This document shows positions 48,689 to 58,096 of a DNA stretch of 64,000 nt, piece after piece. The translations under genes were made by a program, and so were the position numbers. Below the pieces are notes generated by a model. The model searched no databases. It had not been told where the DNA came from and was given only the letters and a program-made list of their open reading frames with translations. Every line of letters begins with the position of its first letter. Position 1 is the first letter of the stretch. This DNA is from Kiritimatiellia bacterium (lineage in GTDB: Bacteria > Verrucomicrobiota > Kiritimatiellia > RFP12 > UBA1067), in contig JBMNFY010000020.1 in the NCBI GenBank assembly GCA_050949565.1, positions 32,001-96,000 of the forward strand. Reading direction: 5' to 3'.

Positions 48689-50077
48689 ATGGCGAAAGCA
48701 GACGGAAATCAGAAAACGATCGTCGGCCAGATCCATCCGGATGTGTTGTCGTTCACGGTCGGCAAGGATCCGGTGCTTGATCTGGAACTGGCGGTGTGGG
48801 ACTGTCTGGGCACGGCGGCGCATGTGACGATGCTTTCAAAGATGCGCGTCACGCCGCCTATCATGGGGACAGAAGAACGCAACCGGGTGGTTGCGGCGCT
48901 GGTTGAGATCATCCGCGAGGTGCGCGACGGGACGTTTTCGATCACAGAGACCGATCAAGATGTGCATCTGGCAGTGGAGCGGCGGCTGACCGAGCGGCTG
49001 GGCGATCTCGGGCGCCGGGTACACACCGGACGCAGCCGCAACGATCAGGTGGCGGTGGACATCCGCCTGCACGCCAAGGATCAATTGCTGGGGCTGACCG
49101 AGGAGGTCGCCGTGCTGGTCGAGCGGTTGACGGCGTTCGGTCGGCGTCATGTGCGGTTGCCGATGGTGGGGCGTACCCACTTGCAGCCGGCGATGCCGAG
49201 TACGGTGGGCCTGTGGGCCACCGGGTATGCCGAGTTGCTTTTGGACGATCTGCCGCTGGTGGAGGCTGCCTATATCACAAACGATCGTTGTCCGCTCGGC
49301 TCGGCCGCCGGATATGGTGTGCCGTTGCCGCTGGATCGTGCGTTGACGGCGCGGTTGCTGGGTTTCGATCGTCCGCATCACAACGTTTTCCACGCGAGCA
49401 ATGCGCGCGGCAAGAATGAGGCTGTGATGCTTGCCGCCTGCGGGCAGATCATGCTGAGTTTGTCGCGTCTGGCCGAGGACCTGATTCTGTTTTCGATGCC
49501 GGAGTTTGGCTATTTCGTGCTGCCTCCCGAGTTGTGTACCGGCAGTAGCATCATGCCGCAGAAGTACAATCCGGATGTGCTGGAACTGATTCGCGCCAAG
49601 GCTGCGATGGTGCTGGGTTACGGTACGGCGGCGAATACCATTTTGAAGGCACTGCCGGGCGGTTACAACCGCGACCTGCAGGAGACCAAGGAACTGTACA
49701 TGGAGGGACTGCGCGTGACACGTGCGTCGCTGCGTATCATGGCGTTGATGGTCGCCGCGCTCAAGGTGCGGCCCGAGCGGCTGCGCGCGGGATTCGCGCC
49801 GGGCGTGTTTGCGACTGACCGTGCGCTGGAACTGGTGGCCGGTGGCATGCCGTTCCGAGACGCCTACCAACATGTACGGTCGCATCTCGATGAGTTGGAA
49901 GCGGCCGATCCTGATCAGGCGGTGGCCGCCAAGACGCACGAAGGCGGCACGGCGGGTCTCGATTTCGATTTTTACCGCACACGTGCCGGCGAGGTACGCC
50001 GGTGGGTGCGCGAACGGCGCAGGCACGCGCATGCGGCCTTCGCCAAGCTACTGGGCGTGGCGTTTCCGGTAGCGTGA
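48689..50077 (+). CDS. argH: Argininosuccinate lyase
   Basis: HTGRSRNDQV, THLQ.AMP, GSSIMPQK.NPD, GYNRDLQ. Confidence 0.96.
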   Translation: MAKADGNQKTIVGQIHPDVLSFTVGKDPVLDLELAVWDCLGTAAHVTMLSKMRVTPPIMGTEERNRVVAALVEIIREVRDGTFSITETDQDVHLAVERRLTERLGDLGRRVHTGRSRNDQVAVDIRLHAKDQLLGLTEEVAVLVERLTAFGRRHVRLPMVGRTHLQPAMPSTVGLWATGYAELLLDDLPLVEAAYITNDRCPLGSAAGYGVPLPLDRALTARLLGFDRPHHNVFHASNARGKNEAVMLAACGQIMLSLSRLAEDLILFSMPEFGYFVLPPELCTGSSIMPQKYNPDVLELIRAKAAMVLGYGTAANTILKALPGGYNRDLQETKELYMEGLRVTRASLRIMALMVAALKVRPERLRAGFAPGVFATDRALELVAGGMPFRDAYQHVRSHLDELEAADPDQAVAAKTHEGGTAGLDFDFYRTRAGEVRRWVRERRRHAHAAFAKLLGVAFPVA

Positions 50078-50114
50078 GAGTGACGGGGTTTGTGAAGAGG
50101 AAGACGGAGAAAGG

Positions 50115-50897
50115 ATGACGAGCATGAGGATGCAACAGGTGGTGGCAGGCGTTGGAATGTTCCTGGGCACGGCGGCGTGCGCGGTGGCTCAGGAGGCGGC
50201 TGCGGCCGCGGCGTCGCCTGCGGTTAATGAATATGGCATGTCGCTCAAGCAGGCCTGGGGATACGGCGGCTGGATCATGTGGGTGCTCGCCGCGATCTCG
50301 GTGTTCGCTCTGGCGATGGTCTTCTATTTCATGGCCGTCCTACGCACCAACGTGGTGACGCCGCGTGAACTGATGGTGGACCTGCTTGCGCGCATCCGCT
50401 CCAACGACATAAATGAGGTGCGCCGACTCTGCGAGCGCCATCCCTGTCCGTTGGCGTCGGTTGTGCTGTCCATGCTTGATTGCCTGCGTAACGTGCCGCA
50501 GTGCGACGTGTCGTTGCTGCGGGGGGCGGCCGAATCGGAGGGTGCGCGCCAGGCTGACGCGATTCAGGGGCAGACCGAGTTCCTGCTGGACGTGGCGACA
50601 ATCGCGCCGCTGCTGGGACTGCTGGGCACGGTGCTGGGCATGCTCACTGCCTTTGGATCGGTAGCGAGCGACATTGCCAGCGCCAAGCCGGTGGTGCTCG
50701 CGGCGGGCGTGTCGCAGGCGATTGTCACGACGATTTTCGGTCTGATTGTCGCGATTCCCTGCATGGCTTTCTACGCTTGGTTCCGTCGTCGTGCAAGCCG
50801 CCAGATCGCCAACCTTGAGAGCGCTTCGGCCGAGATCATGAACGCGATCATCGGTGTGGCCGCAGGAGCAAAGGGCTCCGCTTACACTGACCGGTAA
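50115..50897 (+). CDS. MotA/TolQ/ExbB proton channel family protein
   Basis: APLLGLLGTVLGM..AF and A.VTT..GL.VAIP. Confidence 0.95.
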   Translation: MTSMRMQQVVAGVGMFLGTAACAVAQEAAAAAASPAVNEYGMSLKQAWGYGGWIMWVLAAISVFALAMVFYFMAVLRTNVVTPRELMVDLLARIRSNDINEVRRLCERHPCPLASVVLSMLDCLRNVPQCDVSLLRGAAESEGARQADAIQGQTEFLLDVATIAPLLGLLGTVLGMLTAFGSVASDIASAKPVVLAAGVSQAIVTTIFGLIVAIPCMAFYAWFRRRASRQIANLESASAEIMNAIIGVAAGAKGSAYTDR

Positions 50898-50918
50898 CCG
50901 AGAGGAGGTGCACCAACC

Positions 50919-51353
50919 ATGACTTTTCGCAAAACTCGACGGGGTGTGCTCCCGGCGGTCCAGTTGACGTCCATGATGGACATCATCTTCCTGTTGCTCT
51001 TTTTCTTCATTACGACCTCGGTCTTTTCGCAATGGGAGTACGAGATCAATATCAGCCTGCCCTCGGCCCAGAGCGGTAAGGTGCCGGACCGTTTGCCCGG
51101 TGAGATCATCATCAACATCACCAAAGACGGACGCGTTTCCGTCAACCAGCAGGACCTGACTCTCGATGCGCTTAGGACGCGCCTCGACCGTCTGGCACGT
51201 TACTTCCCGGGGCAGCCGGTCGTGATACGCGCCGACAAGGCGACGCTCTATGAGGATGTGATCAAAGTGATCGACACCTGCCGCAAGGCCGACATCTGGA
51301 ACTTTTCAATGGCGACGACCGAGGAGAAGAGCGACGCGACGGAGAAACAATGA
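50919..51353 (+). CDS. exbD: Biopolymer transporter ExbD/TolR
   Basis: LTSMMDIIFLLLFFF, I.LP.A, and IRADK motifs. Confidence 0.92.
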   Translation: MTFRKTRRGVLPAVQLTSMMDIIFLLLFFFITTSVFSQWEYEINISLPSAQSGKVPDRLPGEIIINITKDGRVSVNQQDLTLDALRTRLDRLARYFPGQPVVIRADKATLYEDVIKVIDTCRKADIWNFSMATTEEKSDATEKQ

Positions 51354-53719
51354 TGAGGAGTGTCATATACTTATGCGCGGGAATATTGTTGGCCGGTCTG
51401 AATGCTGTGGCGGCCTCCGATTCCGTGGACGTGACCGACCGCATGCAGTTGGCGGACGGGCTCTTCCGTCGCAGCCTCTTTGATCTGGCGGCGCGCGAGT
51501 ATGCAACACTGGCCGAGACGCCGGACGTGCCGGCGCTTGATGATGTGCTCTTCCGCTTGGGTGAGTGTTGCCGCCGCCTGAAGAAACTCCCCGAGGCCGA
51601 GGCCGCTTACAAACGCCTGATCGAGTCCTTCCCGGAAAGCCGCAACACGTTGCGCGCCCGGTTGCAACGCGCTTTGATCCTGATGGAGTCCGGCGGCGCT
51701 TCGCTTGATGAGGCCGTTGCCGAGTTCACCAAGTTGTCGGAAGCCTCCATGCCTGCCGAGGTGCGCGCGGCCGCGCTCTACCACGGTGGCGAGACGCTTG
51801 AGAAACTGAAGCGCCCGGATGAGGCGCTGGCGCGTTATGAGGTGCTGGTCAAAGAGTATGTGGATACCGATTACGGGATGTATGCTGGACTGCGCAAGGC
51901 TTGGTTGCTGACGCGGCGCAACACGGCGGAGGATCGCCGCCGTGCTTTGGGTATCTATTTGGATCTGGCACACAAGGCCAAGGATGTCAAGGTGGTCGAG
52001 GAGGCTTCGTATTTCGCGGCGCAGGTCTCGTTGCTGGACGGCCGTCACGAGGAGAGTGCCAACCTCTTCTTGGCACTGCGCACCAAGTTCCCGAATTCGC
52101 CGCGCGTGACTGAGAGCGCCCTGCCCGCCGCATGGGCCAACTACCATGCGGGCCGCTACAAAGAGGGCTCCGAGTTGCTGGACCGCTTGATCGGTCACGC
52201 GCAGCATCCGGACCGCGAAGAGATTCTCTATGTCAAGGCGAACTGTCTGCGCCAGCTTGAACAACGCGCTGATGCGGTGGCGATGTATACCCGGCAGTTG
52301 ACCGAATTCCCGAAAGGCAAGCTGGCACCGCCGGCCCAGTATGAACGGCTCTCAACGCTTTACAGTGACGGCAAATACCAAGAGGTTTTGGACGCTGCTG
52401 CGCAGATTGTCTCGCCGCTTCCGGAGTATGCCGACAATATCTACTGGATGAGCGCGGAGTCAGCGGTTGCCGTGCAGAAGGTCGAAGCTGCCGTGCAGAA
52501 CTATCGCATGTTGGTGGATAAGTGCCCTGAGAGCCCGCTCGTCAAGGATGCGCTCTACCGTCTGGGCTGGCTGTTGCAGAAACAGGAGACGTGGGAGTCG
52601 GCGGCTGCTTGGTTCCAGCAGGTAGCCGAGCGTTTTCCCAAAGACCCGCTGGCATCGAAGGCGCTCTACGCCGCCGGGGTTTGCCGTTCGCGTCTTGGCC
52701 AGAGCGATGCCGCTTTGCGCGATTGGACTGCGCTGCTGACGCAGTATCCGGAGAGCGAAGAGGTGGCTGAGACGCTTTACCAGAAGGCGATGGAAGAGTT
52801 GCGCGCCAAGAATCCGCGCGCGGCCGGTGCGACGCTGGATGAGCGCACGCGCCGTTTCCCGAATGATGCGCGCAAGGCTGAGGTGCTCTATTGGCGCGCT
52901 GCGGTGGCCCGTCAGACCGGTGAGCGGGCGGAGGCGGAAAAGTTGTTCCGCGCCTGTCTGGCCGCTTCGCCGCCGAAGGAGTTCGAACGCGAGGCGATGC
53001 TGGATTTGGGTCTCTTGCTACAGGAAGACGGACGTAACGAAGAGGCCGCTGAGATCTTCCAGACGTTGCTGGACGCGCCGATTACCGAAAGGCTCGGTCC
53101 TGACCGTCTGGCATGGCTCGCGGAGTTTCAGTTGGGGCAAAAACGGTTGGATGCTGCAGCTAAGGCGGCGAACACCCTGCTGTCGCTCAAGCCTGATAAG
53201 GGATGGGTGCAGACTGCTTGGACCCTGCTCGGTAGGATTCATCGGGCCAAGGAAGAACGCGATCCCGCGATCCACGCGTTCAAGGAGGCGCTGGCCTCTG
53301 GTGCATCAACCGCTTACGGTGCCGAGGCGGCACTGCGGCTGGGCGAAATGCTGATGCAGGGCGGCCATTTTGATGAGGCCGCGAATTATTTCAATGACGC
53401 TGCCGCGCGTGCGTCCACACCGGAGTTGCTGGGGTTGCGGGTGCATGCCTACATGGGGCTTGCGCGCAACGCTGAAGCGAAGGGCGATGAAGATGCCGCG
53501 CTACGCTACTACATGAGCGTCGGCATCCTGTTCAACGATGCCACGCTTGTGCCGGAGGCGCTGCACAAGGCTGCGACCCTGCTCGATAAGCTGGGACGCG
53601 GGCAAGAGGCGCAGGCGATGCGTGAAGAATTGAAGGCGCGTTATCCGGATTCGCCGCTGTCGCGCCAGGGATCGACGCAGACGGAGACGCAGTCTCGTGA
53701 GGGGAAGGGTGGAGCATGA
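51350..53719 (+). CDS. Exported tetratricopeptide-repeat protein
   Basis: Signal peptide; many TPR-like units ending in F/YP.S. Confidence 0.9.
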   Translation: MMRSVIYLCAGILLAGLNAVAASDSVDVTDRMQLADGLFRRSLFDLAAREYATLAETPDVPALDDVLFRLGECCRRLKKLPEAEAAYKRLIESFPESRNTLRARLQRALILMESGGASLDEAVAEFTKLSEASMPAEVRAAALYHGGETLEKLKRPDEALARYEVLVKEYVDTDYGMYAGLRKAWLLTRRNTAEDRRRALGIYLDLAHKAKDVKVVEEASYFAAQVSLLDGRHEESANLFLALRTKFPNSPRVTESALPAAWANYHAGRYKEGSELLDRLIGHAQHPDREEILYVKANCLRQLEQRADAVAMYTRQLTEFPKGKLAPPAQYERLSTLYSDGKYQEVLDAAAQIVSPLPEYADNIYWMSAESAVAVQKVEAAVQNYRMLVDKCPESPLVKDALYRLGWLLQKQETWESAAAWFQQVAERFPKDPLASKALYAAGVCRSRLGQSDAALRDWTALLTQYPESEEVAETLYQKAMEELRAKNPRAAGATLDERTRRFPNDARKAEVLYWRAAVARQTGERAEAEKLFRACLAASPPKEFEREAMLDLGLLLQEDGRNEEAAEIFQTLLDAPITERLGPDRLAWLAEFQLGQKRLDAAAKAANTLLSLKPDKGWVQTAWTLLGRIHRAKEERDPAIHAFKEALASGASTAYGAEAALRLGEMLMQGGHFDEAANYFNDAAARASTPELLGLRVHAYMGLARNAEAKGDEDAALRYYMSVGILFNDATLVPEALHKAATLLDKLGRGQEAQAMREELKARYPDSPLSRQGSTQTETQSREGKGGA

Positions 53720-55857
53720 TACCGCACGGCTTTGGACAGCAACAGAGACAGAGCGAGCATCGCGTGATGTTGGCCTGCGTGGCCGTTTTGTTGTCCGCGG
53801 TCATCCATGTGGTCTGCATGTATCTGTTCGCGGACTGGGCGTTGGGCAGCGTTGCGAGCGGTCTGCGCCAGAAATCACGTGAATGGTTCGATGGCGACCG
53901 CGTGCCGCCGATGCGCGTGGAGATGATGCATGCCGATCCAATGCGTATCGCTGAGAGAATAATGGGTGAGCGCGAAGCGCCGAGCCGCGGGCCGATTGAA
54001 GCCGGCGAGCGGGTGGACGAACTCAGCCAGAGCGCGACTCCCGTGCTCACTGTGCCGCCACCGATTCCGCGTGAAGCGTTGATGCCGGGCGTGCCCGTGT
54101 TGAAACAGGTGGTCCCCGAGCAGATCGACACCACACCGTGGATGCCGCGCCAAGAGATCGCGCAGATTTTCGACCGCACCGTACAGGATGATGTGGCTGC
54201 TTTGCCACGACGCGAAATTCCGATGATCGAGCGGGTGCCCAAAGCACCGGACATCGTACCGTCAATCGATCTGGCCGGTCGCCGTTTCGGCAGAGACCCC
54301 GAACCGCCTAAACTTGCAGAGGCGGCTGAAATATTCGATACGGATATCACTAAGGGAACCTTCAAACCACCGATTGCGGAAGTGCCCGAGACCGCGCCTA
54401 AAGTCAGCACTGACACAACCGAGGCACGTTTCGGAGTGCGGCCCGGTGAGAAGACGGGCGTGACCGCCGACGGCACCGTAGTCAAGGGCACAACCGCTGG
54501 AAAGAAGGGCACCGACAGTGCGATCGCCGATGGAACGACAGCTACTGGGGCGGCGGCGGCCGATGGTGCGGCCACTGGCAAGAGAGCTACCGACGGCACG
54601 ACCACTGACGGTGCGACCGCTGGCAAGAAGGCTGGCGATGATACGATCACTGGAAGCCCCGACGGTGAAAAGCTTACGCAGGCGCAGCAAGAGCGCGTCA
54701 GACAGCAGCTTGAAGAGGCGGCCCGGCAGACACCGGCCGGGCAAGAGGTCAGTGCGGAAGAGCTGAGAGCGCGCGAGGCCCAAGCGCAGATCGCGGCGTT
54801 GCGGGAGACGATCGACTACGTGCCGATAGATGACCTGCTGGCTGTCGGTCTGGAGACCTTCCGCGATCCTGCCGAGCCGGGTCAGGTTTATTTCCGCATC
54901 GGAATTCAACCGCGTACCGATAAACAGGTGCCGGTCATTGCCAAAGACATTGTCTTCGTGCAGGATGTTTCGGCCTCAATGACCGAGGAGCGCATGGTCT
55001 TCTGTCGGCGCGGTATGGCGGCGGCGCTCCGGACCCTTAATCCAGGTGATCGCTTCAATGTGGTCGCATTCCGCGACACATTCGATGCCTGCTTTAAAGA
55101 GTGGGCTGTCGCTTCAACCGAAAACCTTGTCAAGGCGTCGGCGTTTGTGGATGGTATGCGCGCCTTCGGTCAGACAGACCTCTTCGGTTCGCTGCGCTCG
55201 CTGATACGGCTACCGCGCGATCCTCGGCGTCCGATGATCGCGGTGGTTGTCACGGACGGCAGGCCGACCGCTGGTCTCACGGAGAGCGCCAAAATCATCG
55301 GTGAATTTTCCAAAATCAACAGCGGTATGATCTCGGTCTATATGTTCGGTGTCCAGAGCAAGGCCAACGTCTATTTGCTTGATATGCTCACTTATTGCAA
55401 TCGCGGTACGTCAACCATCATGTACCAAGGTAACCGCTGGGATCTGCCGGCAGCGTTCCAGCCGGTCTATGATGGGCTGCGCTATCCCGTCATGGGGGAT
55501 ATCACGGTGGTTTTTGACTCAGCGTCGAAATGCGAGGTGTACCCCAAAAACACGCCCAACCTCTACAAGGGCCGCCAATTGGAACTGTGCGGCGTCTGTC
55601 CGGACACTACGGAGGAATTAATCTTTCAGGTGCGCGGTCTGGCATCGGACAAAGGTTATGATTCGATCTTCCGGCTTAGCATGTCGCGCCATGCTAAACT
55701 CGGATCAGCCGCCTTGAAGCAGCGCTGGGCGAACCAGAAGATGTATCACCTCGTGGCGGAATATTCGCGTGAGGCGCGCCAGCAAGTGATGGCCGAAATG
55801 TTGAAAGTCCACACGCGTTACGGCGTGCCGATCCCCTATGAATCTGAATTGAAGTGA
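53716..55857 (+). CDS. Membrane-anchored vWA-domain protein with Pro-rich and low-complexity linker
   Basis: N-terminal TM helix with S...H; MIDAS DVSASM, T, and VTDG; ADGT/TAGKK repeats around 54460-54650. Confidence 0.85.
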   Translation: MIPHGFGQQQRQSEHRVMLACVAVLLSAVIHVVCMYLFADWALGSVASGLRQKSREWFDGDRVPPMRVEMMHADPMRIAERIMGEREAPSRGPIEAGERVDELSQSATPVLTVPPPIPREALMPGVPVLKQVVPEQIDTTPWMPRQEIAQIFDRTVQDDVAALPRREIPMIERVPKAPDIVPSIDLAGRRFGRDPEPPKLAEAAEIFDTDITKGTFKPPIAEVPETAPKVSTDTTEARFGVRPGEKTGVTADGTVVKGTTAGKKGTDSAIADGTTATGAAAADGAATGKRATDGTTTDGATAGKKAGDDTITGSPDGEKLTQAQQERVRQQLEEAARQTPAGQEVSAEELRAREAQAQIAALRETIDYVPIDDLLAVGLETFRDPAEPGQVYFRIGIQPRTDKQVPVIAKDIVFVQDVSASMTEERMVFCRRGMAAALRTLNPGDRFNVVAFRDTFDACFKEWAVASTENLVKASAFVDGMRAFGQTDLFGSLRSLIRLPRDPRRPMIAVVVTDGRPTAGLTESAKIIGEFSKINSGMISVYMFGVQSKANVYLLDMLTYCNRGTSTIMYQGNRWDLPAAFQPVYDGLRYPVMGDITVVFDSASKCEVYPKNTPNLYKGRQLELCGVCPDTTEELIFQVRGLASDKGYDSIFRLSMSRHAKLGSAALKQRWANQKMYHLVAEYSREARQQVMAEMLKVHTRYGVPIPYESELK

Positions 55858-56294
55858 CCGCCATGATCTCTTACAAGCTCGTGATGCCTGAACACATGAA
55901 CCAATACGGTGCGTTGTTCGGCGGCAATCTGCTGAAGTGGGTGGACGAGATAGCGTGGATGGCGGTCAGCCTTGATTACCCTGGGGCGCGTTTTGTCACG
56001 ATCGGCATGGACCGTGTCGAGTTCAAGAAAAGTGTCTCCGGCGGGTCGATCCTGCGCTTTGAGATCGTTCGCCAGCGGGTTGGCCGTACTTCGGTCACAT
56101 ACGAAGTCCATGTTTCGCGACGCGAATTGCATCAGAGCGTGGAGGACGTGATCTTCAGTACCGACATCACGTTCGTGCGGGTCGACGAAAACGGCGAGAA
56201 GATACCGGTTTTTGCTGTGTGTGATGCGCACTGTCAGACCGAGACAACTCCCCCCAACAGAGGTACAGGATGTCAGGCCGAAACAGAGAGGTGA
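55854..56294 (+). CDS. Acyl-CoA thioesterase (hotdog fold, YciA-like)
   Basis: VMPEHMNQYGALFGG.LLKWVDE, GRTS, FV.VD. Confidence 0.92.
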   Translation: MTAMISYKLVMPEHMNQYGALFGGNLLKWVDEIAWMAVSLDYPGARFVTIGMDRVEFKKSVSGGSILRFEIVRQRVGRTSVTYEVHVSRRELHQSVEDVIFSTDITFVRVDENGEKIPVFAVCDAHCQTETTPPNRGTGCQAETER

Positions 56295-57262
56295 TCCGCT
56301 GCGGCATCTGCCCGAAGGCATGCCGCATCCCGCCGGGATTCAGCGGCGAATGCCGGGTCCGGATGAATCTGGACGGGCGGCTGGTGGCGGTGACGTACGC
56401 GCGTCCATGCGCGGTGCATGTGGATCCAATGGAGAAAAAGCCGCTGTTTCATTTTTTTCCGGGTGAGATGATTTTGTCGCTCGGTTCGGCTGGGTGTAAC
56501 CTGCACTGTAAGCACTGCCAGAACGCGGATCTTTCGCAAGGCAATCCGGAGGATATCACGGCCTTTGATCTGCCGCCGGCGGCACTCCCCACGCTGGCGA
56601 AAAAACATGGCTGCGCCCATGTGGCATATACCTACAATGAACCGCTGATCAATTATGAGTATGTGCGCGACTGCTGCATCGCCGCGCGCGAGGCCGGGCT
56701 GCGCAATGTGCTGGTGACAGCCGGATACATCAATGCGAAACCGCTGGCCGCGTTGCTGCCTTATGTGGATGCGGCGAATGTCGATATCAAGGGGTTCAGC
56801 GAGGACTTTTACCGAGAGGTGTGCGGGGCCAGTTTGGCGCCGGTGCTGGCAACCGTCCAGCGGATGCTTGAGGCGCGTGTGCATGTGGAGATCACGAGTC
56901 TGGTGATCCCGACGCTTAACGATTCGGATGAGATGCTGGACCAGCTTTTTGGATGGGTGGCCGAGTACGCCGGCGCGGATATCCCATTGCATCTCTCGCG
57001 ATTTTTTCCGGCGTTCCGCATGACGCATCTGCCGCCCACGCCGCTGGCGACGCTACTGCGGGCGCGGGAGCGCGCCAAAGCTGCGGGCCTCAAGCATGTG
57101 TATGTGGGCAATGCCGAGGTGCCGGACGGCGACGACACCTTCTGCGCGGGCTGTGGCGCACGCGTGGTGACGCGCCAGCGGTATGTAGTGACCGCCAACC
57201 GCATCAAGCCGGACGGCGGCTGTATGGCGTGCGGTAGGCCGGTCTATGGAGTCTGGTCGTGA
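56270..57262 (+). CDS. amrS: AmmeMemoRadiSam system radical SAM enzyme
   Basis: C..CP..C, DPMEKKPLFHFFPG, CNLHCKHCQN (CxxxCxxC), YTYNEP, VYVGN. Confidence 0.95.
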   Translation: MSGRNREVIRCGICPKACRIPPGFSGECRVRMNLDGRLVAVTYARPCAVHVDPMEKKPLFHFFPGEMILSLGSAGCNLHCKHCQNADLSQGNPEDITAFDLPPAALPTLAKKHGCAHVAYTYNEPLINYEYVRDCCIAAREAGLRNVLVTAGYINAKPLAALLPYVDAANVDIKGFSEDFYREVCGASLAPVLATVQRMLEARVHVEITSLVIPTLNDSDEMLDQLFGWVAEYAGADIPLHLSRFFPAFRMTHLPPTPLATLLRARERAKAAGLKHVYVGNAEVPDGDDTFCAGCGARVVTRQRYVVTANRIKPDGGCMACGRPVYGVWS

Positions 57263-57435
57263 TGCGCACGGCGCGTAATCGGTTAATGACAGGGATGTGC
57301 GAAGATCATGCGTTTCTGGTGAAAAGGAGAACAGAGAGTCGGGAGCAACGTGTCTTGCAAAAGGCTGTGGCACGGGCATCTTGCCCGTGTTCCATGATTT
57401 TATTTTTGACATGATTGACACGATTGACATGCTTT

Positions 57436-57659
57436 GGAGGGCGAGTGTCCCCACGAGCCGCCGAGGCGCGGCAATGGAGGGCGAGTGTCCCCACGAGCCG
57501 CCGAGGCGCGGCAATGGAGGGCGAGTGTCCCCACGAGCCGCCGGGACGGGCAATGGAGGGCGAGTGTCCCCACGAGCCGCCGGGACGGGCAATGGAGGGC
57601 GAGTGTCCCCACGAGCCGCCGGGACGGGCAATGGAGGGCGAGTGTCCCCACGAGCCGCC
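57436..57659 (+). repeat. Tandem array of six REP-like units (39-40 bp period)
   Basis: Core GGAGGGCGAGTGTCCCCACGAGCCGCC at 57436, 57476, 57516, 57555, 57594 and 57633; a single related copy at 41278. Confidence 0.95.
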
Positions 57660-57694
57660 TTCCGCTGTGCGGAAGGATGGTTTCATAGGCGATT

Positions 57695-57863
57695 GCGGAG
57701 CGCCGGGAGGGGCAAGCGTCTGCTTGCCCGCGGACGAGCAGACGCTCGTCCCTCCCGCCCAGCGGCGGTAACGCCGCTGAACCGTGGAAAATCTCTGCGT
57801 CTTCGAGTCTCTGCGTTAAAAAAACGCTCAACTCTCAACGTTCAACTCTCAACTCTCAACGTT
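57695..57863. repeat. Inverted hairpin doublet plus CTCTGCG and CAACTCT short repeats
   Basis: GGGCAAGC-GTCT-GCTTGCCC (57710-57729) faces GGACGAGC-AGAC-GCTCGTCC (57732-57751). Confidence 0.82.
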
Positions 57864-57923
57864 CTGCGGGCGTGGACGCCCGCGCTCCCGACTGCGCACG
57901 CACGGAACACGCACTCGACTCGC

Positions 57924-58079
57924 ATGGCTCCTGTCGCCAACCGATTACGCACGGCGCGTTTTACGCGCCGCGGCTTCTTGGTGTCGCTGGCGGCGGCGAT
58001 GCTGTGCCGCCAGCGGCGGATGCGCGTGTGCCGTCTGGATGACGCGCGTGTGCGGCAAATGGCCAAGTGGGCGGGTTGA
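57924..58079 (+). CDS. Candidate 51-aa peptide with twin-arginine motif
   Basis: MAPVANRLRTARFTRRGFLVSLAAAMLC...LDDARVRQMAKWAG; stop lies 17 nt before the amrB ATG; no clear RBS. Confidence 0.45.
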   Translation: MAPVANRLRTARFTRRGFLVSLAAAMLCRQRRMRVCRLDDARVRQMAKWAG

Positions 58080-58096
58080 GCGCGGGAGGGAATGAT

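Noticed and set aside
28862-50032. Long antisense ORFs (e.g. 28862-30316, 31748-33385, 38734-40155, 48836-50032)
   Set aside because: They are shadow frames of well-supported genes in GC-rich DNA, with no motifs.
57436-57659. CRISPR array
   Set aside because: The linkers are only 12-13 nt and are themselves repeated, there are no cas genes, and a solo copy lies at 41278. This is a REP-like tandem.
57297-57923. Several 80-260-aa ORFs over the REP array
   Set aside because: All frames are open because the repeat lacks stops; only the distal 57924-58079 part looks peptide-like.
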